Below, piece after piece: positions 45,899-54,737 of a DNA stretch of 64,000 nt. Below the pieces are notes generated by a model. The model was given only the letters and a program-made list of their open reading frames with translations, had not been told where the DNA came from and did not search any database. Position 1 is the stretch's first letter. The number at the start of each line of letters is the position of its first letter. The translations under genes and the position numbers were made by a program. This DNA is from Endomicrobiales bacterium (GTDB lineage Bacteria > Elusimicrobiota > Endomicrobiia > Endomicrobiales > JAFGGC01), in contig JAFGGC010000013.1 of NCBI GenBank assembly GCA_016930715.1, positions 135,796-199,795 on the forward strand, written 5' to 3'.

Positions 45899-46660
45899 GT
45901 GCCGGACAACAAAGTCAAGGTTTTGATAATAGACGATGATCCTGTCGTGCTTGAAGTGACCGCCGCGGGGCTCGAGACGGACGGTTTTGCGGTTTTTACC
46001 GCCGATGACGGCAAATCCGGCATAGAAAAGGTCAAAAGCGAAAAACCTGACATCATACTCCTTGACCTGAAGCTTCCGGACATAAACGGTTTTGAGGTTA
46101 CGAAGGTGCTCAAGCAGACCGCCGGCGTTTCAGAAATACCCGTGATAATGATAACGGGTGACCGGACGGTGGATATAGACCAGGCTTTTGCCGCGGGCGC
46201 CGACGATTGCATTATAAAACCCATTGATATGGGGTATCTCGTGGACAGGATACGCAAAACCGTCAAGAAAAAATTCAGGGTCCTTCTTGTTGATGATGAC
46301 AGGCAGATAGGGGATATCCTGAAGAACGTCATAATAAAGCAGCAGTTTGAGGCCGAAGTGATCTACGATGGCAGGAAGATATTCGACGTTATAAAGGCGA
46401 ACAGGCCCGACCTGATTCTTCTCGACATATCGCTCCAGATAGGCCCGGACGGCATCGAGCTGTGCCGCCAGCTGAAATCCGAATCTTCCACCAAAAGCAT
46501 CCCCATCATAATGATCACCGCGAACGAGTACTCCGACTCCGTAGAGAAGTGTTTCTCTTACGGCGCCGAAGACTACATATTCAAGCCTTTCAACCTTCCG
46601 GATTTCATACTTAAGATAAAGAAATACATGAAAATGAGCGAACAGCTCGAGAAAAAGTAG
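45899..46660 (+). CDS. Tandem receiver-domain (REC-REC) response regulator without output domain
   Basis: REC1 is KVLIIDDDP...PDIILLDLKLPDING...IPVIMITG. REC2 is RVLLVDDD...PDLILLDISL...IPIIMITA. The GTG start is preceded by GGAGG. Confidence 0.8.
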   Translation: MPDNKVKVLIIDDDPVVLEVTAAGLETDGFAVFTADDGKSGIEKVKSEKPDIILLDLKLPDINGFEVTKVLKQTAGVSEIPVIMITGDRTVDIDQAFAAGADDCIIKPIDMGYLVDRIRKTVKKKFRVLLVDDDRQIGDILKNVIIKQQFEAEVIYDGRKIFDVIKANRPDLILLDISLQIGPDGIELCRQLKSESSTKSIPIIMITANEYSDSVEKCFSYGAEDYIFKPFNLPDFILKIKKYMKMSEQLEKK

Positions 46661-46689
46661 CTCTGCCTGTTAAGCGGAACCATTTACGG

Positions 46690-48837
46690 ATGAAATATCT
46701 CGGGAGTCCAAGAACTTTAGCGTCGGCGCTTGCCCTTGTGTTGTTGTGCAGGATCATCGCTTTATCGGGTTCCGGGGCTTCCACGGTGTCCTTTCTCAAG
46801 ATTAATCCCGACCCGCAGTCCGAAGCTCTCGGGGGAAGCGTGCTTTCCCTTTCGGCGACGCCGACCGAGATACCTGTCAATCCCGCGCTTTCCGCGTACA
46901 TCTACCAGACTAAATTCGCTTTTTCCAACACATCCCTTGTTTCCGATGTCGAACATATGCACGGAGGGGCGGCCTTGCCGACAGAAATCGGGCATTTCGG
47001 CATCGGGGTGACGAACATCGGCTACGGCACCATGAAGGGTTATGCCGTGGACGCGAGCGAATATTCCATCCCGGAATCAAACGAAATGGCGGTCGTGCTG
47101 AATTATTCACGGGCTTTCAGGAGGTCGGTGCCGGTATACCGCGACTGGGGTGCCGTGGGCGCGAACCTGAAATTCGTGAGAAGCACGCTCGTGGATTATT
47201 CAAGCGACGCGATTGCCCTTGACGTCGGAGGTATACTCAAGGTCCCGGGCGCGAAAGGGCTTTCTGCCGCGCTTGTTTTTTCGAACATCGGGCAGGGCCC
47301 GAGTTTCGTAAAGGAAAGCAACCCTCTGCCGCTGTCGACGGATGTGGGCCTCAGGTACGACAAACCCGAATGGAAGGACGTGTTCGGCGTCGTGAATTTA
47401 AAAAACGATTCTGACGCGACGGCGTTCTCGGTCGGCGCCGGGGTCAGTCCCTTTTATCCGGCAAAGGTCTGGTGCGGATGGAAGGAATCCGAAAAGGCCG
47501 TCGATTCTGGCCTGAGGTTCGGGATGGGGCTCAATATAGGGTACATTAATTTTTCATATTCGTACGTTTTTTATAAAGATTTTTCGCCGGTTCACAGAAT
47601 CGGCATAGATATGGAGCTGGGCGGGTTCAGCGAGCCGAAAATCGCCTATGATTACTATCTCAACTACTATTTTCACAAAGCCAAGCAAAAATACAACAGG
47701 GGGGATTACCTGGCCGCAAGGCGCCTGTTCTCGGACATACTTTCGGTGTATCCCAACCACGAAGCATCCAAGGATTACCTCGAAAGAATCGCTTTTGAGC
47801 TCGACAAGATCGAACAGCAGAAAATGGTCGAAACGGACAGGCTGCTTCGCCGCGCGGAAGTGGCTCTTTTGAGGGACAACATCATACTTGCCAAAAAGTA
47901 TTACACGCGGGTTTTGGATGTGGACCCCGAGAATCAGAGAGCTCGCGAAGGAATGGACAGAATAGACGAAAGGCTGGGGGATTATTCATCCATCGAGGCC
48001 CAGCGCAGGAACAGGGCGAAACTGAACGTGCTTTGGGAGGATGGCTATACGGCCTACGAAAAAGGCGATTATGTCACCGCAAAGGAAAAATTCCAGCAGA
48101 TTCTAATTCTTGATCCCGAGAACGCCGAGGTTGCCAGATACCTCAGCGAGGTCCATGATCAGATATCCAAGGTTTCCTCGCTCCAAACGGAAGCGCTGTA
48201 TCAAAAAGGAGTGGAACTTTTTGACAAGGGGGATTTCGAGGAGGCGGCCAAATATTTCGGCGCGGTGAGCGTCGCCGACCCTGCAAGGGAAGACGCGAAG
48301 CATTACCTGGCCGAGAGTGAAAAGCGCATCGCGGAAAAGGAAAGAAGGGCCGCGTCGGGCGAAACGGAAAAAACCGCGAAAGAGAAACGGGAAGTCGAAA
48401 GCGTCTATTACGACGCCTTCAAACTTTTCGAGAACGAAGACTACGAAAAAGCCATAAGGGGTTTTACTAAATCAAGAGAACTGGCCAGCAAGTACGGCTT
48501 GAAGAAATACGCGGACGACTCGGCAAACTACATAACGGCCGCCAAAAGCGGCGCGGCTAACAAGTACTACAGGTTCGGCGTAGAAAACGAGAAGAAGAAA
48601 GACGAAGAAGCGGCATATGAGTTTTACCAGAAGGCTCTGGAGTTTAACCGCTCGCATATGGAGGCCAGGCAGGCGGCAAGCCGGCTCTCCGACGATCTTT
48701 CGCAGGCGTATTACGAGTCCGGCATGAAATACTACTCAAAGGGAAATATGAGGAAAGCAAGGGAATATTTTAAAAAATCGCTCTACTACAAACCCGGGAA
48801 ACTGGAATCACTAAGGGCGCTTGAGAGGATAAAATAG
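46690..48837 (+). CDS. PorV-like outer-membrane barrel fused to a long TPR/helical C-terminal region
   Basis: The N-terminus FLKINPDPQSEALGGSVLSLSATPTEIPVNPALSAY, followed by about 300 aa of beta pattern, parallels the gene at 40124. The C-terminal region of about 400 aa has TPR-like units (YNRGDYLAARRLFSDILSVYPNH, AYEKGDYVTAKEKFQQILILDPEN, YSKGNMRKAREYFKKSLYYKPG). Confidence 0.55.
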   Translation: MKYLGSPRTLASALALVLLCRIIALSGSGASTVSFLKINPDPQSEALGGSVLSLSATPTEIPVNPALSAYIYQTKFAFSNTSLVSDVEHMHGGAALPTEIGHFGIGVTNIGYGTMKGYAVDASEYSIPESNEMAVVLNYSRAFRRSVPVYRDWGAVGANLKFVRSTLVDYSSDAIALDVGGILKVPGAKGLSAALVFSNIGQGPSFVKESNPLPLSTDVGLRYDKPEWKDVFGVVNLKNDSDATAFSVGAGVSPFYPAKVWCGWKESEKAVDSGLRFGMGLNIGYINFSYSYVFYKDFSPVHRIGIDMELGGFSEPKIAYDYYLNYYFHKAKQKYNRGDYLAARRLFSDILSVYPNHEASKDYLERIAFELDKIEQQKMVETDRLLRRAEVALLRDNIILAKKYYTRVLDVDPENQRAREGMDRIDERLGDYSSIEAQRRNRAKLNVLWEDGYTAYEKGDYVTAKEKFQQILILDPENAEVARYLSEVHDQISKVSSLQTEALYQKGVELFDKGDFEEAAKYFGAVSVADPAREDAKHYLAESEKRIAEKERRAASGETEKTAKEKREVESVYYDAFKLFENEDYEKAIRGFTKSRELASKYGLKKYADDSANYITAAKSGAANKYYRFGVENEKKKDEEAAYEFYQKALEFNRSHMEARQAASRLSDDLSQAYYESGMKYYSKGNMRKAREYFKKSLYYKPGKLESLRALERIK

Positions 48838-49829
48838 TGTCTGAGCTGAGAAAAGACCCGGTGATAGGAAGGTGGGTAATAATATCATCGGACAGGGGAA
48901 AAAGGCCCGATGATTTCAAGGTCGGGGACGGAGGCGGAAGCCACGATAAATGTCCTTTCTGCCCGGGCAACGAAAAATTCACGCCTCCGGAAATCGTAGC
49001 CTACAGGGACGAGGCGTCAAAGAGCCCGTCGGAATGGCAGTTGCGTGTGATTCCGAACAAGTATCCGGCGCTTTCCGTTGAGGGTGATTTAAACCGCCAG
49101 GGCGAGAGCATGTACGATAAGATGAACGGGATAGGCGCCCATGAAATCATAATTGAAACCCCGGAACACTCAAAATGCATTTCCACGATGTCCGACCGGC
49201 AGGTCGAGAGCATAATCCTCGCTTATCGCGACAGGATAGTGGATTTGAAAAAAGACATTCGGTTCGAGTATATACTTGTTTTCAAGAACCAGGGGCCCCA
49301 TTCCGGCGCAACGTTGTCGCATTCACATTCCCAGCTGATAGCCACTCCGGTGGTGCCTAAGCGCGTCAGGGAGGAAGTGAACGGCGCGAAGAACTACTAT
49401 GATTACAAGGAAAGGTGCGTTTTTTGCGATATAGTGAAGAACGAGCTTGACGTGAAAACAAGGGTGGTGTGCGAGAATGAATTGTTCGTGGCCTTGTGCC
49501 CTTTCGCTTCGCGTTTCCCGTTCGAGTTGTGGATGCTGCCGAAAAAGCACGATTCGCAATTCGAGGACATACAAAAAGAGGAAGCGGCGAGTTTCGCATC
49601 TATTCTCAGAAAAGTAATGGCGAAAATAGACAAAGTCTTGAACAAGCCTTCATACAACTATCTTATTCATAATTCACCCCTCAAGGAGTCCCGCCTGTTG
49701 CATTACCACTGGCACATGGAGATCATGCCCAGGCTCACGAGGGTCGCAGGTTTTGAATGGGGCAGCGGTTTTTATATTAACCCGGTTGCCCCGGAAGAAG
49801 CGGCGAAGGTCCTGAGAGAGGCCGATTGA
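48837..49829 (+). CDS. galT: GalT-family (HIT branch) hexose-1-phosphate nucleotidyltransferase
   Basis: ELRKDPV.GRWVIIS..R.KRP, the zinc motif CPFCPGNE, NKYPAL, and the active-site HSHSQLIA. The GTG start overlaps the upstream stop (TAGTG). Confidence 0.75.
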   Translation: MSELRKDPVIGRWVIISSDRGKRPDDFKVGDGGGSHDKCPFCPGNEKFTPPEIVAYRDEASKSPSEWQLRVIPNKYPALSVEGDLNRQGESMYDKMNGIGAHEIIIETPEHSKCISTMSDRQVESIILAYRDRIVDLKKDIRFEYILVFKNQGPHSGATLSHSHSQLIATPVVPKRVREEVNGAKNYYDYKERCVFCDIVKNELDVKTRVVCENELFVALCPFASRFPFELWMLPKKHDSQFEDIQKEEAASFASILRKVMAKIDKVLNKPSYNYLIHNSPLKESRLLHYHWHMEIMPRLTRVAGFEWGSGFYINPVAPEEAAKVLREAD

Positions 49830-49847
49830 ACCGGCGGCCCAAGGAAA

Positions 49848-51584
49848 ATGAAAAATCTGGTATATTCAATTTTTAGGTTTGCGCGGAAGTTCTTCGGGGA
49901 CAGGGTTGCCGGGAAATACCTGTTTTTTCTCGCCGCCGGGATATTGTTCGCGTGGTTGACGCACGGACTTCACGGCCGAATTGCATTGGAAAACGTCAAC
50001 AATAAGGTCGAATTGTGCGTGAACCTGCGCGAAGCCGTTAGCCTGTGCGTCAATACTGGATATCCGCTCAAGGATTTGCTCCAGAGGTTCAGGACCATCG
50101 GCGTGTCGAGCCTGGCACTCAACGAAGAAACGATAGGAAGTCTCGCGTCGGACGAGAGGATAATCTTCTATCCGGCCTCGGAATATATGATGATGCGTCT
50201 GGTGGACTTGATCCCGAGGGCGAGCATTGTGTCATCGGGCGCGATAGCGACGAAGGACAGGCGGCTTTGCGAAGATCTAAAAGCAATCTTACAGACAAGG
50301 TATAAAATAACCGTAAGAACAAGGAAGGCAGGGAGTTTTTACATTATCCTGCCCCGTTCGGGTAAAAGGGAAGTGCCGTCCTTGCCGGTTGACAGGGATA
50401 TGTATGTCGGTTTCTATCACGCCGATTTGAAGATGGCGGGCGATCTGGGGTTCGGAACCGTGCTCGTGCCTGAGAATGAGGGCGACCCGTCGTGGCTTTT
50501 TGAGAATAATGCCGTTGGCAAGTCGGTTCTTCTGTGGGAATCAAACGATGTCTGCGGTTTTCCGGGCAGTGAAGCGGATTTCGGAAGTAAAATGGAGCAA
50601 GCCGGCGTGAACTACGTCGATCTGGAGTTCATAAACAATCCAGGCATGGAAATGCTGAAAACAACGGCTCTTGGCAGGCTCGTCCGGGGGCATACCATAT
50701 CGCAGGCGGAGATGAACAAGAAATACGATACCAATTTCTGGATCTCAAGATGGACACGGGGCGTAAGGGAAAGAAGCATAAGGTTTCTATACCTTCATTT
50801 TTGGGCTCAAAAGACAATCGAAAGCAATCTGCTGTATGTAAGGGAACTTGCGCAAGCGCTCAAAGCCGGGGGATATATCCTGTCCGTGACTCAGCCGCCG
50901 GATTACCCTTTAAGAAAAAGCACGAAAAGCAGAATATACATTTCCCTGGTCGCGGCAGTTTTCGTGCCTCTGGCCGGTCTCTGGCTGTGCCTGAAGACGG
51001 GCAATCCATACAAGGCGTTTTTTTCATATAACTTGACGACTATTGTCGGAGGAACTCTGGTCTCAGTGCTGCTTTTTGACAGGATGCTGATGCAGGGCGC
51101 GGTGAATTTTCCGTACGTCCGCGTGGTAATGCTTATACCTCTGGTGGCCTCGTTTTTTATGTTGTTTCCGAAAGAAGAGATTCGGAATATGCTCTCAAAC
51201 GACGTGAAAGTGCGGCATCTGGCCGTCGGAGCCCTGGCGGTCGTTGTTATGGTCATAATCATGATACGAGCCGGGAACAACAGCGCGGGATGGCTGCAGT
51301 TCGACCAGTTCATCAGGGAAATCACCGAAGACATTTTTATCGTGAGGCCCAGGACGAAAGAGTTCATCTTCGGCCAGCCGCTTCTTTTCGCGGGGTTATA
51401 TTTCAGGAACCCGTGGATGATACTTATTGGCGTCGTGGGCCAGGTCTCAATGGTAAATACCTTTCTGCACGCTCACACGCCGGTAATCGTTTCGCTCCTG
51501 AGGTCGATATACGGTATATTCCTTGGTTTTACGATAGGTTTTATCGGAGTAAAGACGACCGAATGGATCAAAAACAGGCTATGA
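49848..51584 (+). CDS. DUF5693-like polytopic membrane protein
   Basis: One N-terminal TM, a soluble region of about 300 aa, then about 6 C-terminal TMs. The family assignment rests on my recollection that DUF5693 genes sit directly upstream of csaB. Confidence 0.45.
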   Translation: MKNLVYSIFRFARKFFGDRVAGKYLFFLAAGILFAWLTHGLHGRIALENVNNKVELCVNLREAVSLCVNTGYPLKDLLQRFRTIGVSSLALNEETIGSLASDERIIFYPASEYMMMRLVDLIPRASIVSSGAIATKDRRLCEDLKAILQTRYKITVRTRKAGSFYIILPRSGKREVPSLPVDRDMYVGFYHADLKMAGDLGFGTVLVPENEGDPSWLFENNAVGKSVLLWESNDVCGFPGSEADFGSKMEQAGVNYVDLEFINNPGMEMLKTTALGRLVRGHTISQAEMNKKYDTNFWISRWTRGVRERSIRFLYLHFWAQKTIESNLLYVRELAQALKAGGYILSVTQPPDYPLRKSTKSRIYISLVAAVFVPLAGLWLCLKTGNPYKAFFSYNLTTIVGGTLVSVLLFDRMLMQGAVNFPYVRVVMLIPLVASFFMLFPKEEIRNMLSNDVKVRHLAVGALAVVVMVIIMIRAGNNSAGWLQFDQFIREITEDIFIVRPRTKEFIFGQPLLFAGLYFRNPWMILIGVVGQVSMVNTFLHAHTPVIVSLLRSIYGIFLGFTIGFIGVKTTEWIKNRL

Positions 51585-52618
51585 GAATACTCGTATCGGG
51601 CTACTATGGTTTCGATAACGCAGGAGACGAGTTAATACTCAACTCTCTGCTGATGGACCTCCGGCACAGATTTCCCGAAGCGGGAATAACGGTGTTGTCA
51701 AACAGGCCCGAAAAGACCTCCGCATTGCACGGGATAAATTCGTCTTCAAGGCGGAACCTGTTCAGGATAGTGTCATTGATCCGCTCGAGCAACATCGTCA
51801 TAACGGGCGGAGGCGGCCTTTTTCAGGACAGGACCGGGAGCCTGTCGCTGTACTACTATCTTCTGATAATTTTTCTTGCGTGGGTTTTCGGGAAAAAGAA
51901 TTATATTTTCGGCGCCGGAGTCAACGAGTTAAAAAAGCTTAACAGGTTCATGGCCGGCGCCGTGCTGAGCCTTGCGACCAAGATAACGCTGAGGGAGAAT
52001 ATCTCAAAAGACCTGCTTTTCAGGTGGGGGTGTCCGAAGAACAAGATTGAAGTTACGGCCGACCCCGTGCTATTAAGCGGGAAGAAATCAAATATCAGCG
52101 CCGAACGCACGAAGGTCATTTTTATACTGCGGCCGCCGCTTAAAGGGCAGGAGCCCGTGACAGCTTTTGCGAAGCTTGCCGATTCCATATACCAGAGGAT
52201 ATCCACGGACATAGTATTCATGCCGTTCCATCCGGAATATGACCTTAAATTCAATGAATCCGTTATGAAGGCCATGAAGTCGCCGTCGAAATTGTTCGCG
52301 TGGAGTAATTTCGGCGACCTGCACGACGCGGTCGCGGCCTCGGGGCTCATCATCAGCCAGAGGCTGCACGGCCTGATACTGGCGCTCATTTACGGCGTGC
52401 CGATGATAGGTATTTCCGACGACCCTAAAATAGACAGGTTCCTCAAGGAGCTGGGCCAGAGGAATGTTATGGAGCTGAGCAACGAAAACCTCTATTCGCT
52501 GCTTGCTATGATAACCGACGTTTTGGAATGGAAGGACGAATTCCGCAAAAAGGCCGATATAATGCTTCCCACGTACAGGATGAGGGCGAAAAGGAACGCT
52601 GAATTCCTCTTCGGATAG
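51581..52618 (+). CDS. csaB: Polysaccharide pyruvyl transferase CsaB
   Basis: MRILVSGYYGFDNAGDELIL, ITGGGGLFQD and SQRLHGLILA. ATGA overlap with the upstream gene. The ORF-track start at 51290 is an out-of-context extension. Confidence 0.75.
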   Translation: MRILVSGYYGFDNAGDELILNSLLMDLRHRFPEAGITVLSNRPEKTSALHGINSSSRRNLFRIVSLIRSSNIVITGGGGLFQDRTGSLSLYYYLLIIFLAWVFGKKNYIFGAGVNELKKLNRFMAGAVLSLATKITLRENISKDLLFRWGCPKNKIEVTADPVLLSGKKSNISAERTKVIFILRPPLKGQEPVTAFAKLADSIYQRISTDIVFMPFHPEYDLKFNESVMKAMKSPSKLFAWSNFGDLHDAVAASGLIISQRLHGLILALIYGVPMIGISDDPKIDRFLKELGQRNVMELSNENLYSLLAMITDVLEWKDEFRKKADIMLPTYRMRAKRNAEFLFG

Positions 52619-52639
52619 GGCCTTCCCGCCCCGGTTTTT
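52618..52639 (+). terminator. Weak intrinsic-terminator-like element after csaB
   Basis: gggc / gccc forms a 4-bp GC stem with the loop cttccc, followed by cggttttt. The stem is short, so confidence is low. Confidence 0.2.
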
Positions 52640-52779
52640 ATCCGACTCTAAAGATTCATCCGCGCAACGGACATCCGGGCCCGCAATGGATGCGCAGAAT
52701 GGATATCTGCGCGGGATTCCGCGCTCCAAACAACAGCTCGTGAGACTGTCCTGAAGATACGGATATGTTCATGGAGCGC

Positions 52780-52808
52780 TTCACAATTCTGCTTATTTTT
52801 TCTATAAT
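52780..52808 (+). promoter_or_regulatory. Near-consensus sigma-70-like promoter of the ftsX-envC-ctp block
   Basis: TTCACA (52780-52785), a 17-nt spacer, then TATAAT (52803-52808). GGAGAG at 52822-52827 precedes the ATG at 52837. Confidence 0.6.
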
Positions 52809-52836
52809 AAATTGAGCTGTCCGGAGAGCCGATAAT

Positions 52837-53580
52837 ATGGTTTTTGAAAAGAAAATCGTTAATAAGTCCATCATCGCAATGACCTGCATTTTTACGTGCC
52901 TGTTCCTCGGGCTCGCCTTGAACGCCTATTACCAGGCGAACAAATACTACTGGATAATGCTCCCGAAGAACCATATGGCGGTTTTCCTCACGCCGACCAG
53001 CCCTGTTTCGGCCGACGTTATAAAGGAAAAAATCATCAACCTTGAGGGCATCAAAAAGATACAGTTTGTTCCGAGCAAGACGGTCCTCGAAAAAGTCCTA
53101 AAATCCGATTCAAAAATAAAGGATGTCATAATAACCGGCAACAATCCTTTCTCCTCGTATTTCGTTATATATCCGAAAAAGACGGGTCTTGCCGCGGCGC
53201 TCAGGCTGAGAACACTCATTGCTTCATTTGATGGGGTAAGCGAAGTGCGGTTCGACACTAACCTGTTTTCTCTGACGGAGGAACTTTTCAATTTTGTTGC
53301 GTATTACCGGGCCCTTTTCAAGATATGCCTGGCCGTGCTTGCGGTCATAGTTCTTATGAGAATCCTTACGATGTTGTTGTACCGCAAGTACAATTACATG
53401 AAGATCCTGTCCCTGACCGTGCAGGGCCTTTTGTTCGGTGTCGTAGCGGCGGGTATTTACAGCCTGCTGAGCGCGAACCTGTTCCAGTCCGGGATACTTC
53501 AGCTGCCGGCGAAGTATTTATTGAGCATGCTTGTCCTTTCGCTCATCGTCACATTTATCATAGATGAAGGATGGGAATGA
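52837..53580 (+). CDS. ftsX: FtsX-like permease (short form)
   Basis: One N-terminal TM, an extracytoplasmic alpha/beta domain (VFLTP...IKEKIINLEGIKKIQFVPSKTVLEK...NPFSSYFVIY) and 3 C-terminal TMs. No ftsE lies upstream. Confidence 0.6.
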   Translation: MVFEKKIVNKSIIAMTCIFTCLFLGLALNAYYQANKYYWIMLPKNHMAVFLTPTSPVSADVIKEKIINLEGIKKIQFVPSKTVLEKVLKSDSKIKDVIITGNNPFSSYFVIYPKKTGLAAALRLRTLIASFDGVSEVRFDTNLFSLTEELFNFVAYYRALFKICLAVLAVIVLMRILTMLLYRKYNYMKILSLTVQGLLFGVVAAGIYSLLSANLFQSGILQLPAKYLLSMLVLSLIVTFIIDEGWE

Positions 53581-54710
53581 AGAAGATCTTTCTGCTTTTT
53601 TTGATGTTGCTGGTCGCGGCCGTGCCAGCGGGCGCAAAGAGCATTAAACAATACAAGAAAGAGATAAAAAAGAGCAAGGACAGCCTGAGAGAGCTTCAGC
53701 AGAACATAAAGGAAAAAAGGGAAGAAAAGGAAAAACATCTACTCGAAGAGAAAAGCATAAGGTCTGAACTGAACCGCGTCGACAAGGAGATCAAAAGGCT
53801 TCAGAAAAAGAAAGAATGGCTTGCCTCCGAGATCAGAAAAGCGGAGAAGAACCTTGCCTTGGCGACGAAGGAAATGAGCCAGGCGACATGGGAAAAGAAA
53901 CAATGGTTCAGCGTTTTGAACATAGAAACCGACAGCTGGTACCGGAATCAAAAGGGGTGCGTGTACCTTTTCTGCGATCCCATTGAGGAAAACCTGCGGT
54001 ATGAAGCGCTGAAGCAGAAAAAAGAGAACATGCTTTCAGCGAAGGAAAAGGAGTCCGTGTCGAAACGGGCGATAGAGAAATGGCAGGCGGCTGAAGTAAA
54101 GCTCAAGGAGTTGAAAGACCAGCAGGAAGCGACCATAAACGAGCAGGAAGGCGTCAAGGAGGAAAAACAGTCCATACTTGAAACCACGATAGGAAAACGT
54201 ATCGCGGCTGAGGAAGAGATAAAAAAACTCAGGGACACGGAACAGGCCCTGCAGTCGATGCTAATAAAGCTTGAAAGGGAGAAGAAGGAGACCGAAGAGG
54301 AGCTTGCCGCGAGAAAGAAGTTCAGGACGAGGAAAAAGATACTGAGCTGGCCTCTCAGGGGCGAGATAATCCAGTCGTTCGGAAAAAACAAGCACCCGGA
54401 GCTCGATACCTGCGTAATCAGCAACGGTATCAAAATAAAATGCGACGGGATGAGCGACGTGTCAGCCGCAGACAGCGGCGAGGTTATGTTCACGGGTGAG
54501 TTCCGTTCGTACGGAAACATGGTGGTTGTCGACCACGGAGGCGGATTTTACACTATATACGGGTTGCTTGGTGAGATATCGGTCAAGGAAGGCGACAAGG
54601 TCAAGGAATCGGTGGTCATCGGAAGGACATCTGATGACAAACCGTCCCTGCTTTATTTTGAAGTGAGAGTCGACAACAAACCAGATGATCCGAGATTATG
54701 GCTTAAATAA
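53577..54710 (+). CDS. envC: EnvC-like murein hydrolase activator (coiled coil + degenerate LytM/M23 domain)
   Basis: Signal peptide and about 230 aa of coiled coil. The LytM domain has HPELD (HxxxD) but reads DHGGGFYTIYGLLGE where active enzymes carry the HxH histidines. ATG at 53577 overlaps the ftsX stop (ATGA). ATG at 53571 is an alternative start. Confidence 0.7.
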   Translation: MKKIFLLFLMLLVAAVPAGAKSIKQYKKEIKKSKDSLRELQQNIKEKREEKEKHLLEEKSIRSELNRVDKEIKRLQKKKEWLASEIRKAEKNLALATKEMSQATWEKKQWFSVLNIETDSWYRNQKGCVYLFCDPIEENLRYEALKQKKENMLSAKEKESVSKRAIEKWQAAEVKLKELKDQQEATINEQEGVKEEKQSILETTIGKRIAAEEEIKKLRDTEQALQSMLIKLEREKKETEEELAARKKFRTRKKILSWPLRGEIIQSFGKNKHPELDTCVISNGIKIKCDGMSDVSAADSGEVMFTGEFRSYGNMVVVDHGGGFYTIYGLLGEISVKEGDKVKESVVIGRTSDDKPSLLYFEVRVDNKPDDPRLWLK

Positions 54711-54737
54711 AACATTCGACCAGGAGGTTAAGAAAAA

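Noticed and set aside
52650-52740. There are nested inverted repeats in the csaB-ftsX spacer (ccgcgca...tgcgcgg enclosing catcc...ggatg). These could be an ncRNA or riboswitch.
   Set aside because: The stems are only 5-7 bp in a GC-rich stretch. I recognise no known riboswitch consensus, and there is no second copy for covariation. This is insufficient evidence beyond generic secondary structure.
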